A DNA stretch of 25,822 bases from a virus (lineage: Duplodnaviria > Caudoviricetes): IMG/VR virus record IMGVR_UViG_3300011335_000211, positions 1 through 25,822 of that record. One strand, given 5' to 3'. Numbering within the stretch: position 1 is the stretch's first letter; each line of letters opens with the position of its first letter. The notes below the pieces were generated by a model that was not told where the DNA came from, did not search any database, and was given only the letters and a program-made list of their open reading frames with translations. A program made the translations under genes and the position numbers. This document shows, piece after piece, positions 1-10,496 of the stretch.

Positions 1-54
1 GTTACCAGTGGTGATGAAAAGATATCTGCTATAACTGTTACTATAGTTAAGTAG
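1..54 (+). CDS. terS: 3' end of probable terminase small subunit (partial)
   Basis: Frame 1 reads VTSGDEKISAITVTIVK-stop. This resembles the C-terminal tails of small terminases, and it lies directly upstream of terL. Confidence 0.6.
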   Translation, partial: VTSGDEKISAITVTIVK

Positions 55-104
55 TATAATAATAATAATAACTATATAGTATCTAACTAGGTACTAGCTT
101 TGCT

Positions 105-1253
105 ATGGATATAAAAGCGACTGCCATATTTGAGAAGAACTATGAGGCTATCTTAGGAGATAAGAGGTTTATCATTAATGAGGGTGGCTCCCGTTCATCT
201 AAGACTTACAGCCTCTGCCAGCTCATGATCATCTACTGCCTGCAGAATAACAATAAGGTGGTGAGTGTAATACGTAAGACCTTCCCTGCCCTACGTGCTA
301 CAGTGCTCAGGGACTTCATAGAGATACTAAAAGATATAGGGCTGTATAAGCAGGAGTCACACAATAAGTCTGAGCACATCTACACCTTTGCTAATGGATC
401 TATGGTAGAGTTCTTTAGTGTGGATGATGAGCAAAAGATAAGGGGACGTAAAAGGGATATAGCCTGGTGCAATGAAGCCAATGAGCTTTACTTTGATGAC
501 TTCACCCAGCTCAATATGAGAACAGAGGACAAGTTAATCTTTGACTACAACCCATCTGATAGTGCTTCTTGGCTGTATGAGTTACCTGCAGATGAGAGCA
601 TAAAGATAAAGAGCACCTACAAAGATAACCCCTTCCTCCCTGATAGTATCAAAGCTCAGATAGAGGATCTTAAGAGAACAGATGAGGCACTGTATCAGAT
701 CTATGCTCTAGGTGAGAAGGCTATCTCTAAGAGTAACATCTACTCTAACTGGTCCTTCATAGCTCATAGGCCTGCTAAGTTTGTTAAGTATGTATATGGG
801 CTTGACTTTGGATACAATCACCCCACAGCTTTGATGAGGGTATACTACTGTGACAATGATATCTACATAGAGCCTGTGATATATGAGAGCTACCTCACTA
901 CTACCATGCTCATAGAGAAGTTAGCAACCCTGGGCATAGAACAGACTGTCACCATCCTAGCAGATTACTCACGTCCAGAAATCATACAAGAAATGAACAT
1001 AGCAGGGTATGATGTACAGAACGCAAACAAAGTGGTAAAGAAAGGGATAGACAACCTTAAGAGCTTTGGGGTGATCTGTCAAGATGATAAGGCACTGAGG
1101 AGGGAGTATGAGAATTACAAGTGGAAGAAAATAGGGGACTTCATAACTGATGAGCCTGTCAAATTATTTGATGATGCTATGGATGCAATTAGATACGCCA
1201 CTACTCACATAAGGCAGGAGTATTACACAGATGATAGTTACTATGCATTCTGA
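105..1253 (+). CDS. terL: Terminase large subunit, PBSX/Terminase_3-like
   Basis: Walker A-like GGSRSSKT, Walker B-like WCNEANE, coupling motif DYNP, RNase H-fold nuclease motifs GLDFGY and DDAMDAIRY. Confidence 0.95.
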   Translation: MDIKATAIFEKNYEAILGDKRFIINEGGSRSSKTYSLCQLMIIYCLQNNNKVVSVIRKTFPALRATVLRDFIEILKDIGLYKQESHNKSEHIYTFANGSMVEFFSVDDEQKIRGRKRDIAWCNEANELYFDDFTQLNMRTEDKLIFDYNPSDSASWLYELPADESIKIKSTYKDNPFLPDSIKAQIEDLKRTDEALYQIYALGEKAISKSNIYSNWSFIAHRPAKFVKYVYGLDFGYNHPTALMRVYYCDNDIYIEPVIYESYLTTTMLIEKLATLGIEQTVTILADYSRPEIIQEMNIAGYDVQNANKVVKKGIDNLKSFGVICQDDKALRREYENYKWKKIGDFITDEPVKLFDDAMDAIRYATTHIRQEYYTDDSYYAF

Positions 1254-1443
1254 TACGCTACATAAGATACAAGTGGTGCAGGCATACATCCACCATAAGA
1301 CTGGTAAGCAGGTGAGGATAGTATTCAATAGACCTGATAGAGTGCAGCAACATCTAGCCATGCTAGATCATGCATACTTGGTAGCCATGAGTGGCTTTAA
1401 AAACAATAATAGTAATGGAGATAATATAGGTAAAGAGAAGTAA
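1243..1443 (+). CDS. Small hypothetical protein
   Basis: ORF fills the gap between terL and the next gene. The start is either ATG 1243 (MHSDTL) or 1231. Its stop overlaps the next ATG (TAATG). Confidence 0.55.
   Translation: MHSDTLHKIQVVQAYIHHKTGKQVRIVFNRPDRVQQHLAMLDHAYLVAMSGFKNNNSNGDNIGKEK
1401..1432 (+). promoter_or_regulatory. Putative late promoter motif AAACA-N16-TAATATAG (copy 1)
   Basis: AAACA at 1401-1405 and TAATATAG at 1422-1429. Same spacing as the copies at 8580, 11049 and 13631. Confidence 0.55.
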
Positions 1444-2921
1444 TGGCATTAGTAGCGCAAGCAACCCCACAATTAATAGTCCCTGCATACAACCCTGTTA
1501 AGTATATATACAGCAGTAGCAATGTTAACCTACAGGGCTTTAAGTTTATCTATGATATATATCAGAGTGGTACCCTAAATAAGATAGCAGAGTACAGGGT
1601 GCTACCAACTTATAGCACTGGCTTTGGGGAGATAGATCTATCTAAGCTCTTACAGGCACAGGTGAGCTATGACCTTAACCTGACAAACACCTCAGTATAC
1701 AACGCTCCAGGATCCCACTACAAATATGATGTAAGGATAGGTGAGGAGTATTTGACTACCACTACATATGTCTTAGCACTCACTCAATATCTAACAGCTC
1801 CCTATGCAGGTAAGGTGAGAATAAACGTAGCTAACACATTTGTGGTAGGGGATCAGATTAACATCACACAGAACTTACCTGGCCCCACAGCCAACCCAAA
1901 CTTAGAGGGACTCTTCACTGTGCTAGTAGCTAACCCTCTATACATAGTGGTTAATAGTTTATGGTCTTTGGTTACCAATGCAGGTACAGGTGGTGCCATA
2001 ACCTATGCAGATGGGAGAAAGACAGTTGTACGTAACCTAGCTCAACAGCTCAACAAGTATGTATTCAATGGAGCTATTAAATGGAGTGAGTGGCCTAACT
2101 ACAACTATCAGGACTATATGCTCAATGGAGTCTTTGATAAGTTCCTGACTACCTTCCCTGCAAAAAACATCGAGATGTATGCTACCCTATCTCAGGATAT
2201 GTGGGTAGATGCTATAGCTAATGGATCACCTACTGCACCTGATACAATGGTCTTTGAAAATGATGGTGGTAATATCTTTGAAAAGAACGTAACAGCTGTA
2301 GATTATGTGAGTGGTATATCGGTAGGGCCTAACAACTTTGGGGTACTTGCCCTGGTCTTTGGATCAGGTAACTTAATAGAGCCTACCACTGAGTACTATA
2401 CCTTTCACTATGAACGTAATGGGGTAGTAAGCTCAGCAACGTACAGAATTAATATAGATAGGAGGATCCGTACCACTGAGTACAGCATCTTATTCTTAGA
2501 TAGATTAGGCTCATGGGGTAGCTTTGCCTTTAGCCTTAATAGCTATGAGAAGGGTAACGTAACACGAGAGCAATTTAATAGAGATGTGGCAGGATATATC
2601 AATGGTGTAAATCAATGGGACTATGATCTCACTGATAGAGGTATGACTAACACTTACATAAGCACTGAGACCACAATAGACTTAGCTACTAACTTCATGA
2701 CTATGGATATGGCTAACTATTTTACTGAGCTGATTAGCTCACCTTTCACCTATGTAAAGCAGAGCTCTTATGCTAATGACTGTGATATACCTGATAGCAC
2801 TGAGTACATCAGCTGTAATATAGTGACCTCAGACTTTCAGATCTATAACCAAAGGAATAAGAATTTAATTAAGCAGAACGTAACTATAAAGCTAGCTAAT
2901 AACAATATCGTAAATGGTTAA
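1443..2921 (+). CDS. Virion structural protein, probably tail tip/distal tail component
   Basis: 492 aa, beta-strand-like, rich in T/N/Y/V. Contains a segment (NTFVVGDQINIT...LEGLFTV) resembling the FCCH-like insert seen in phage structural proteins. Coupled to the following tail gene and tape measure gene. Confidence 0.6.
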   Translation: MALVAQATPQLIVPAYNPVKYIYSSSNVNLQGFKFIYDIYQSGTLNKIAEYRVLPTYSTGFGEIDLSKLLQAQVSYDLNLTNTSVYNAPGSHYKYDVRIGEEYLTTTTYVLALTQYLTAPYAGKVRINVANTFVVGDQINITQNLPGPTANPNLEGLFTVLVANPLYIVVNSLWSLVTNAGTGGAITYADGRKTVVRNLAQQLNKYVFNGAIKWSEWPNYNYQDYMLNGVFDKFLTTFPAKNIEMYATLSQDMWVDAIANGSPTAPDTMVFENDGGNIFEKNVTAVDYVSGISVGPNNFGVLALVFGSGNLIEPTTEYYTFHYERNGVVSSATYRINIDRRIRTTEYSILFLDRLGSWGSFAFSLNSYEKGNVTREQFNRDVAGYINGVNQWDYDLTDRGMTNTYISTETTIDLATNFMTMDMANYFTELISSPFTYVKQSSYANDCDIPDSTEYISCNIVTSDFQIYNQRNKNLIKQNVTIKLANNNIVNG

Positions 2922-5790
2922 GATACAACTAAGTACAGGCTTCCTAGATGTTAAAGAGGGTACTGCCTTCCCTTTGAATTTTCAGGTAGGAGATATCAGG
3001 GATATTAGTAAGAGACAAGGTAACTTCTCTAAGACCATTACACTCACTGGTAGCAAGAATAATAACAATCTACTTAACCACTACTATGATGTGAATATAG
3101 TGGAGGGCACCTTTAACATTAATGCTCTCACTACCTGTGCAGTTATTCAGGATGGCATCCCAATAATGGAGGAGTGCTCTATGCAGTTAACAGGGGTGGT
3201 AAAGAGTCAGCTCACAGATGGCTATGAAGAGCAGGTAACCTATGAGGTGCTTATCAAAGATAGCAAAGCAGATTTCTTTACAGCTATAGCTAACAAGGAA
3301 TTAACTGATATAGACTTCTCAGACCTTAACCACACCTATGATGCATTCAATGTGGTGGCTAGGTTTAGTAACACTGTAGCTAATGGCTTCAAATACTTTT
3401 TACCTGGATCAGGTGATGCTGTATATAACACTCAGGAATTTAAGCCTGCCATCTTTGCTAAGACTTACTTTGATAGGATTTTTGCAGATGCTGGCTTTAC
3501 TTATGACTGGCCTTCTTTGTCTTATGATAGATTTGATAAGCTATTTATCCCTTATAATGGAGGGGTGGATAACTTTGATTATAATGACTATCTAGTAAAA
3601 GCAGAAAAGACAGCAGCCACTACTATCAATGGAGTTAACAACTGGGCAGGATTTACTAACATAGCTCAAGTAGCTACCACACAATCTGCTGCCACTAAGA
3701 TTAACTTAACAGGATGGACTGAGCTAGATGATATACAAAATATATTTAACCCTATCACAGGTGTATACTCTACACCTTTTATCATAAGTTCGGCTAATGC
3801 TCAGAGCTATGATTATAGCGTTACTATGACGTATACTTTAAACCTGGTGAATACATCAGGAGGCACTTTGTATGGTAGTGCTAGTGGATCAGCAGCCAAT
3901 GTATATTACAAGCCTGCTATAGGTGTAAGTGCAGGTACGCAACCTATTATCTTTAGTAACTTATATACTAACACATCACCTACTGCTACTTTGTTAGGTG
4001 TGCAAAATGCTATACAGTGCCCTTTAACTATACCTAATGGTACTACATCTTTACTAACACAAACAGTACAGACTACAATACCACTTAGTTACAATTTACT
4101 TAATAACTTATCATCTGCTACTATAGGATTAAATGTAAGTCAACATTATGCCACTATAGGTAACGCTGCATCTGTAAGAAACTGGAGGAAAACTTCCCCA
4201 TCAGGTGTAGCTCCTGCATCAGGGCAAGTAGTTATACAGGCTGTTATCTCTTCTATACTAATTACTATTGTACCTAGCAGCACAATCTATGCAATAGGTG
4301 GTACAATAGAGGTTAATGATTACGTGCCTAAAAAGATAAAGCAGAGTGATTTCATTAAGGGCATATTCAATATGTATAATATCTATGCTCAAGTAGATAA
4401 CACCCAACCTAACAAGCTACTAATACAAAATAGGGATGCCTTCTACGATAGTGGTACTGAGGTGGACTGGACTAGTAAGCTGGCTAAAGACCAGGAGCAA
4501 AACTTATCTTTTCTCCCTGAGCTCACCTCAAAGAAAATGATATTAACATACGCTGCAGATAAGGATAACCCTAACACCACTTATACCAATGCTACTAGCA
4601 ATATATATGGACAAGCTGAGGTTATCTTTGATAATGAATATGTAAAGGAGGTAACTACTAAGCCTGTATTGTTTAGCCCTACACCTGTTATTAAAACTGT
4701 CTTTGGTGCTTATGTACCCATGATAGCAGGCTCAGCTCCTGAGACTAATATACGTATCTTATACGATAAGACTACAGCAGGACAGCCACTAGCTACCTGT
4801 GGGCAGTTTTACATCTATGACTATTTATCTGTAGGACAAATTAACCTTACAAGCTATCCTTTAGTGGGCCACTTTGATGATCCACTCACTCCTACCTTTG
4901 ATATCAATTTCGCTATCTGTGATTTTTACTATTACCAACCTTTAAACCTTACAGAAAATAATCTATACAATAGATACTGGAGGAGGACCATGGGGCAGAT
5001 AAACAACGGTAAGATGCTCACTGCTATGTTTAATCTTAAGGAGCCTGATATCCAGGCTATGAAATTAAATGATAAGATTAGGATAGATAACTCATGGTGG
5101 AATATCAATAAGATAATTGATTATGATGCCAACGCTAATAATCTTACTAAGGTAGAGCTGATCAGTATAGATACTGAGATTAACTTTACACCGTTCATGG
5201 GACCTAGTGGCCCAGTGATACCTACTCCTCCTGCAGGGATAGGCCCTATACAAATGTTAGCCATGAGTAGTGTTAATACTACTAGGATGGTTACATCTAA
5301 TGTATTTTCTAATCAGGCAACAGCAACTGTAGAGGGTAGAGGTAATGTGATAGTGGGTGGCACTAGATCAGTGATAGTAGGAGATGATCGTATCATCAGT
5401 GAGAATACTCTAGCAGCTGATAGCTTAATTGTTAGCAGTTTGAATGGAGTATCTACAGGCATAGTGCCATTAATATATATAGCTATCTTAACTCAAGCAG
5501 GGATAACAGATCCTATAGCACAGGTTAAAAATGATAGCTTAGGTGGTGTTACCTGGACTAGAACAGGGGTAGGTATTTATGAGGGATATCTAGATGCTTA
5601 CGAGCCCTTATATATATCTAGCACTAATTTGCCTACTATAATAATTAATAACGTGGCTTATGATGGGGTGGTTTCTGCTACCTACACAGTGAGCTCTAAT
5701 ACTATATCTGTAACCACCTCACAAATAGGGGTAGGCTTTGCAGATGGATACCTAACAGATACAACAATAGAAGTTAAATACTACATATAA
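2914..5790 (+). CDS. Large tail tip/baseplate-hub-like protein
   Basis: 958 aa. The N-terminus (PLNFQVGDIRDISKRQGNFSKTITL) and KLNDKIRIDNSWWNINKI resemble Bacteroidota phage tail proteins. Has a central T/S/N-rich insert and lies next to the tape measure gene. Confidence 0.7.
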   Translation: MVKIQLSTGFLDVKEGTAFPLNFQVGDIRDISKRQGNFSKTITLTGSKNNNNLLNHYYDVNIVEGTFNINALTTCAVIQDGIPIMEECSMQLTGVVKSQLTDGYEEQVTYEVLIKDSKADFFTAIANKELTDIDFSDLNHTYDAFNVVARFSNTVANGFKYFLPGSGDAVYNTQEFKPAIFAKTYFDRIFADAGFTYDWPSLSYDRFDKLFIPYNGGVDNFDYNDYLVKAEKTAATTINGVNNWAGFTNIAQVATTQSAATKINLTGWTELDDIQNIFNPITGVYSTPFIISSANAQSYDYSVTMTYTLNLVNTSGGTLYGSASGSAANVYYKPAIGVSAGTQPIIFSNLYTNTSPTATLLGVQNAIQCPLTIPNGTTSLLTQTVQTTIPLSYNLLNNLSSATIGLNVSQHYATIGNAASVRNWRKTSPSGVAPASGQVVIQAVISSILITIVPSSTIYAIGGTIEVNDYVPKKIKQSDFIKGIFNMYNIYAQVDNTQPNKLLIQNRDAFYDSGTEVDWTSKLAKDQEQNLSFLPELTSKKMILTYAADKDNPNTTYTNATSNIYGQAEVIFDNEYVKEVTTKPVLFSPTPVIKTVFGAYVPMIAGSAPETNIRILYDKTTAGQPLATCGQFYIYDYLSVGQINLTSYPLVGHFDDPLTPTFDINFAICDFYYYQPLNLTENNLYNRYWRRTMGQINNGKMLTAMFNLKEPDIQAMKLNDKIRIDNSWWNINKIIDYDANANNLTKVELISIDTEINFTPFMGPSGPVIPTPPAGIGPIQMLAMSSVNTTRMVTSNVFSNQATATVEGRGNVIVGGTRSVIVGDDRIISENTLAADSLIVSSLNGVSTGIVPLIYIAILTQAGITDPIAQVKNDSLGGVTWTRTGVGIYEGYLDAYEPLYISSTNLPTIIINNVAYDGVVSATYTVSSNTISVTTSQIGVGFADGYLTDTTIEVKYYI

Positions 5791-8150
5791 TGAACGAAGT
5801 AGAAATACCCATAAAAGTCTCAGGCCTCGGTGCCATTAAAGCAGAACTAAGAGCACTAAAAGGTGAGATAGCTAATGCTACAGATCCTGCAGATATTGCT
5901 AGACTGTCTCAGGAGGCAGGTGTACTATCTGATAAGATAAAGGATGCTAATGAAGCAGTGGCTGTCTTTGCATCAGGTTCTAAATTTGAGCAGGTTAGTA
6001 ATGGATTGGGTGGTATTAAGAATAGCTTAATGAGTTTAGACTTTGAAGAGGCAGCTGCTAAGTCTAAGACTTTTGCTACCACTTTGGGAAGTATTAATAA
6101 GACTGATATTACTAAGTCTTTAAAAGGTATGACTGAGACTGCAGGTACATTAGGTAAAGCGTTCTTAAAATTAGGAGCTCAGATATTAGTAAACCCCTTC
6201 TTTTTAATACCTATCATAATTATTGCTATCATAGCTGCAATAGCTTTAGTACTTAATAAATTTGGCTTATTACAAGGTGTCATAGATGCTTTGATGATGC
6301 CTGTTAATGCTTTGATAGCTGGCTTTAAAATGCTTACAGATTGGATGGGGCTTACTGATCATGCAGGAGAAGAGAGAGGTAAGAATGAGATGGCTAGAAT
6401 GGATAGAGAAGCAGCTGCAGGTGAGGCTAGAATGAAGAGGTTAGATGAGGCTAATAAGTCTGAGATGAGTGACTATGATAGAAAGATAGCACTGGCTAAG
6501 GCAGAAGGCAAAAGTACTGTAGAGTTAGAACGTGCTAAGATAAAAGGATCTATTGCATATCAAACAGCAGTAATAGCAGAAAATAGATTAAAGCTACAGA
6601 CCATCTATCTTAACCTTCAGGAGCTACAGACTTTAAACATAGAGGATGCTGAAAAAAAGAAGAGACAAGAAGCAGGTAACAAAGCAATGGCAGAAGCTAG
6701 AGCTCTTATCACCTCAATGGGTGAGGCTAGAAAGAACAGCTTTAATGAATTAAAAATACTAGATCTTAATGAGATTAAAACACAAAAAGAGAAAGTAGCT
6801 GCAGGTAAGAAAGGTAATAAGGATAATAAGAATAATCTTAAAGAGCAGTTAGATGATATCAAAGAATTTAATGCAGATAAAGAGAAGCTAGAAGCTATGA
6901 CTATTCAAAACAACCTTACTCTTATGAGTGATGGTGTAGAGAAAGAGAAGGCTATTAGACAGCAGGCCTTTATGGACTTTAAGGATGGCTACCTAAATGA
7001 AAGAATGAAGGAAGAGATAGGAGCTTTAGATAAGCAATTTTTAGCTAAGAAAATTACAGAGGAGCAATACAATGCACAATTAGCTGAACTAAAATTAAAT
7101 GCTGTTAAGAAATTAAGTGCAGATGAGTTACTAGTCCTTACTCAGGCAGCTGAGCTTAAGCAGAAGGATATGCAACAAATTGAACTCAATGCTGAAAATA
7201 ATAGACTAGCAGGAGAGCAGATGATAGCAGATGCTAAGTTTGCTGCCATGGCTGAAGGTACTGAAAAGGAATTACTAGCACAGGCTGCAGGATATGAGAA
7301 ACTAAGAGCAGATGCACTGGCTAATGTTACTCTAACAGAAGAGCAAAAGAAAGCACTGATAGCTGTATATGATGAGCAGGAGAAAGCACAGATAGCTACT
7401 CAGTTAGCTGAAAAGAAAAAAACTCAGGAGGATCTATTACTATCTATGCAGGATGAGGCAACTCAAAAGAGGGAAGCAGAGAACTTACAATTTGCATTAG
7501 ATATGGAAGCTGCTAATGGTAACTATGAGACAATTCAGCTACTTAAGAAAGCACATGAGGATAATCTAGTGAATATAGAAGCTGAGGCTAATAATGCTAA
7601 GGTGGAGTCAGCACAAAAAGAAAGGGATGCAAAGCTATCACTAGCAAAAGATACACTAGATGGCCTATCTAACTTAGGTGGTATGCTTATTAAAGACCAA
7701 AAGAAACTAGAGAAATTTAACAAGGCTAGTGCCCTTATTCAAATAGGTATTGATACTGCTAGAGCTATCTCATCTTTAGTGGCAGCTGCACAAAGTAACC
7801 CATTGAATGGTGTAACATTTGGTGCTGCAGGTATTGCACAATTTGCTAGTGGTATTATTCAGATTGTTACCAATGTAGTTAAGGCTAAACAGATACTATC
7901 CTCCCCAGGTTCTACACCTGCTGCAGGTGGTGGTGGTGGAGGTGGTGGAGGTGGTGAGTCCACTTCTACAGCTACAGCTTTGCCTCAAGCAGCACAACTA
8001 TTTGGAGGTGCTAACACAGGTGGTACCATGAGTGCAGGAGGGAACTCTAATGAGTCAGGTAATATGACTGTAACAGCTGTAGTAAGTGAAACACAAGTAA
8101 CATCCACACAACAGAAAATAAACCGTATAAATAAATCATCAGAACTATGA
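5790..8150 (+). CDS. Tail tape measure protein
   Basis: 786 aa, A/E/K/Q-rich coiled coil, hydrophobic segment (ILVNPFFLIPIIIIAIIAAIALVL), Gly-rich C-terminal region. Confidence 0.85.
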   Translation: MNEVEIPIKVSGLGAIKAELRALKGEIANATDPADIARLSQEAGVLSDKIKDANEAVAVFASGSKFEQVSNGLGGIKNSLMSLDFEEAAAKSKTFATTLGSINKTDITKSLKGMTETAGTLGKAFLKLGAQILVNPFFLIPIIIIAIIAAIALVLNKFGLLQGVIDALMMPVNALIAGFKMLTDWMGLTDHAGEERGKNEMARMDREAAAGEARMKRLDEANKSEMSDYDRKIALAKAEGKSTVELERAKIKGSIAYQTAVIAENRLKLQTIYLNLQELQTLNIEDAEKKKRQEAGNKAMAEARALITSMGEARKNSFNELKILDLNEIKTQKEKVAAGKKGNKDNKNNLKEQLDDIKEFNADKEKLEAMTIQNNLTLMSDGVEKEKAIRQQAFMDFKDGYLNERMKEEIGALDKQFLAKKITEEQYNAQLAELKLNAVKKLSADELLVLTQAAELKQKDMQQIELNAENNRLAGEQMIADAKFAAMAEGTEKELLAQAAGYEKLRADALANVTLTEEQKKALIAVYDEQEKAQIATQLAEKKKTQEDLLLSMQDEATQKREAENLQFALDMEAANGNYETIQLLKKAHEDNLVNIEAEANNAKVESAQKERDAKLSLAKDTLDGLSNLGGMLIKDQKKLEKFNKASALIQIGIDTARAISSLVAAAQSNPLNGVTFGAAGIAQFASGIIQIVTNVVKAKQILSSPGSTPAAGGGGGGGGGGESTSTATALPQAAQLFGGANTGGTMSAGGNSNESGNMTVTAVVSETQVTSTQQKINRINKSSEL

Positions 8151-8581
8151 ATTCCTTACAAGCCATAACAAACCACATCATTGCTTTTTACACAGCTCAC
8201 AAACAAGTTTTTAAAGTGGGTAGTGATTTCAAAGAACAGCTTTACAACTTTGCTACTCAAGATGAGAAATACCCATTAGTGTATATAGTGCCTAGTGGAG
8301 TGGTGCCTACAGAAAATACTACAGAGTTTAACTTTGATATTTACTGCTATGATATCATACAAAAAGATAGAGCTAATATCATCACTATTCTAAGTGATAC
8401 GCAACAGATCCTTAGTGATTTGAATATCTACTTTAATGATAGTAATGACTTTAGCTTTGATGTGGTAGGAGTGCCTACCTTTACACCTTTGAATAATGAT
8501 CTACTAGATTACGCTGCAGGGTATCAGATGAGTATCACACTAACAGTCAATGATTGGACTGATTGCGCAGTGCCAATATAA
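8147..8581 (+). CDS. Probable tail terminator/tail completion protein
   Basis: 144 aa, acidic. YPLVYIVP...FNFDIYCYD...AGYQMSITL pattern is typical of tail terminators. ATGA overlap with the tape measure gene. Confidence 0.6.
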   Translation: MNSLQAITNHIIAFYTAHKQVFKVGSDFKEQLYNFATQDEKYPLVYIVPSGVVPTENTTEFNFDIYCYDIIQKDRANIITILSDTQQILSDLNIYFNDSNDFSFDVVGVPTFTPLNNDLLDYAAGYQMSITLTVNDWTDCAVPI

Positions 8582-8613
8582 ACAAATCAATTTAATAATA
8601 TAATATAGTTATG
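8580..8613 (+). promoter_or_regulatory. Putative late promoter motif (copy 2)
   Basis: AAACA at 8580-8584, TAATATAG at 8601-8608, then TT-ATG. Confidence 0.6.
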
Positions 8614-9315
8614 GGATGGTGGGGTAATTGGAGGCAAACAGCTCCAGCACATATTGGAAACTTACAGGCAACAGATCTGCTAGACTGCACCTCTATCATT
8701 GGGGGAGTAGAAGTCAATAATACTATTACAGGTGCTCAGATAATTGCAGGGGCCAGTGGTGGTAGTGCTACATGGGGAGCTATCACAGGAACGCTATCAG
8801 CTCAGACTGATTTACAAACAGCTTTAAATGCTAAGCAGACTAAGACAGTACTACAATCAATTGCAAGTACGACTATAGTTACTAATAATACTAATGAGGT
8901 AAATATAATATCTGTAGCCATACCTACCAATATCAACTATTCTATGCTACGCTGTTCGTTTATTGTAAGGGTAGTTACATTGGGTGCAGCTTCTCCTAGG
9001 ACTAGAATAAGGATGAGTACTTTCGCTAACCCTACCAATGCACAATTAACAGCTGCCACTCAAATAGCCACTAATGCAATAGGTTCTACAGGGATGGTAT
9101 CCATCTATAGAACTATGCCTGTAATAGGAGGTGTATCAGGAACTATAAAAGCCTTTGCTACAGGCTCAAATGCTAATGCAGATTACGGGCAGATATCAGC
9201 CTTTGATTTAGTTTCTAAAGACTTTACTACTCAGCAGTACTTACACTTCACAATACAGAATAATACACTAACAGCAAACACTCAAAGTTATGGGGTGCTA
9301 GTAGAAAATCTATAA
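8611..9315 (+). CDS. Tail fibre/decoration-like structural protein
   Basis: Contains WGAITGTLSAQTDLQTALNAKQ, a linker type recurrent in phage fibre proteins, followed by a T/S/N-rich beta-type C-terminal domain. Confidence 0.55.
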   Translation: MGWWGNWRQTAPAHIGNLQATDLLDCTSIIGGVEVNNTITGAQIIAGASGGSATWGAITGTLSAQTDLQTALNAKQTKTVLQSIASTTIVTNNTNEVNIISVAIPTNINYSMLRCSFIVRVVTLGAASPRTRIRMSTFANPTNAQLTAATQIATNAIGSTGMVSIYRTMPVIGGVSGTIKAFATGSNANADYGQISAFDLVSKDFTTQQYLHFTIQNNTLTANTQSYGVLVENL

Positions 9316-9317
9316 TA

Positions 9318-9770
9318 ATGGGAAGAAACGCTAATACAGGAGAATTTAATGTGCTTTATCCTACTAGGAGAAGGATGGCAACTATATTGAAACGCATACT
9401 TAAGAATGATATAGTAGATGGTGAAGGTACCCTAGTAGAAAGTATCAGGATCAATGCTAAGATTACAGGCTTTGAAAAATTAGAGATACAGATAGTAGCC
9501 ATGTATTACTTTATCTTTTTAAATAACGGTGCTTTCTTATGGAATGGTGGTGTAATTACTCCTAGAGATTATGTAGCACAATTTACATCTGAGCTAAACG
9601 CTGCAGGTATTACTGCTGAGATATACTCCCAATATACTGAGTGGCTTACTAAAAAATATCCACTTGTAGAAGCTATAGAAGTATTAGAAAAAAACCAAAG
9701 GATAGTTTATACATTTGAAGCACTAGATCCTCCTGCAGGATTTACACCTGGCTTCCCTCTAGATGTCTAA
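9318..9770 (+). CDS. Putative neck/tail completion protein (HK97 gp10-like)
   Basis: 150 aa, basic N-terminus, DGEGTLVESI (cf. xTGxLxxSI) and YFIFLNNG (cf. YxxFVExG) patterns. Confidence 0.5.
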   Translation: MGRNANTGEFNVLYPTRRRMATILKRILKNDIVDGEGTLVESIRINAKITGFEKLEIQIVAMYYFIFLNNGAFLWNGGVITPRDYVAQFTSELNAAGITAEIYSQYTEWLTKKYPLVEAIEVLEKNQRIVYTFEALDPPAGFTPGFPLDV

Positions 9771-10496
9771 TTCTTTTTTCATACCCATCATATTGAATAC
9801 ATAGGTAAGGGGTAGAGCTCCTATCTTATCAGACTTAGTTAGATCATTATTGCACAGGCCGTATATCATACGCTCCCAACTCCACTTACTATCTTTCTTA
9901 GCATCCTCCTCCTCTTTCAACTCCTCAGGTGTGAGCTCTGCTTTCTCTTCTGTTGTTAGCTCAGGTAACTCCTCACCTTGGAATAAGTTTTGGTAAGTCT
10001 TTAGAAAATTATCCCTGAACTTTAGGAACTCATTAATAATACCATACACATCTGTAATAGGAAGGTCTAAGAACTTATCAGCTCTGATAGTACAGTCATA
10101 TTCATACGGCTCTATTATCTCCTCACCCCACTCATTAACTTTGCTTTGCCTGTACAGTACTCCACAGATATTAGCTAGGTTAGTTATGTAGTTATGGGTA
10201 AAATAATAGTCAAGGTCTATGTACTCATATAGGCACAGTTTATTGAAGGGCTTAAGCTTCATACCTAGAAGCTCTGACTTGAATTTATTGGATGGCTGTG
10301 AGAGTGCCCATTTGCACTGGTCCACCAAAGCATTAAGCTCATCTATATCAATATCCTCAATATCCTCAGTAGGCTCATTTGTTATGATAGAAAGTATCTC
10401 ACTATTATAGTAGTAAGCACCCTGCTCTTTATCTATCTCAGATATCTCAATGAACTGCTCAAGAGTTATCTCACTCCACTGTTTCGGTAGGTACAT
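9759..10496 (-). CDS. Acidic hypothetical protein, probable tail assembly chaperone (paralogue 2)
   Basis: 245 aa. Starts LPKQWSEITLEQFIEI. The C-terminal W..MIYGLC..D....IG.LPL..VF pattern resembles gpT-like chaperone ends. Confidence 0.6.
   Translation of the reverse strand: MYLPKQWSEITLEQFIEISEIDKEQGAYYYNSEILSIITNEPTEDIEDIDIDELNALVDQCKWALSQPSNKFKSELLGMKLKPFNKLCLYEYIDLDYYFTHNYITNLANICGVLYRQSKVNEWGEEIIEPYEYDCTIRADKFLDLPITDVYGIINEFLKFRDNFLKTYQNLFQGEELPELTTEEKAELTPEELKEEEDAKKDSKWSWERMIYGLCNNDLTKSDKIGALPLTYVFNMMGMKKELDI

Noticed and set aside
55-104. (AAT)n run and TAGCTTTG box before terL
   Set aside because: Low-complexity tract. The box ends 2 nt before the ATG and lacks a clear -33 element, so support for a promoter is weak.
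7926-7955. (GGT/GGA) microsatellite
   Set aside because: Encodes an in-frame poly-Gly linker in the tape measure protein, which is common.
2914-9315. Diversity-generating retroelement acting on tail genes
   Set aside because: No reverse transcriptase gene and no template/variable repeat pair seen in this window.
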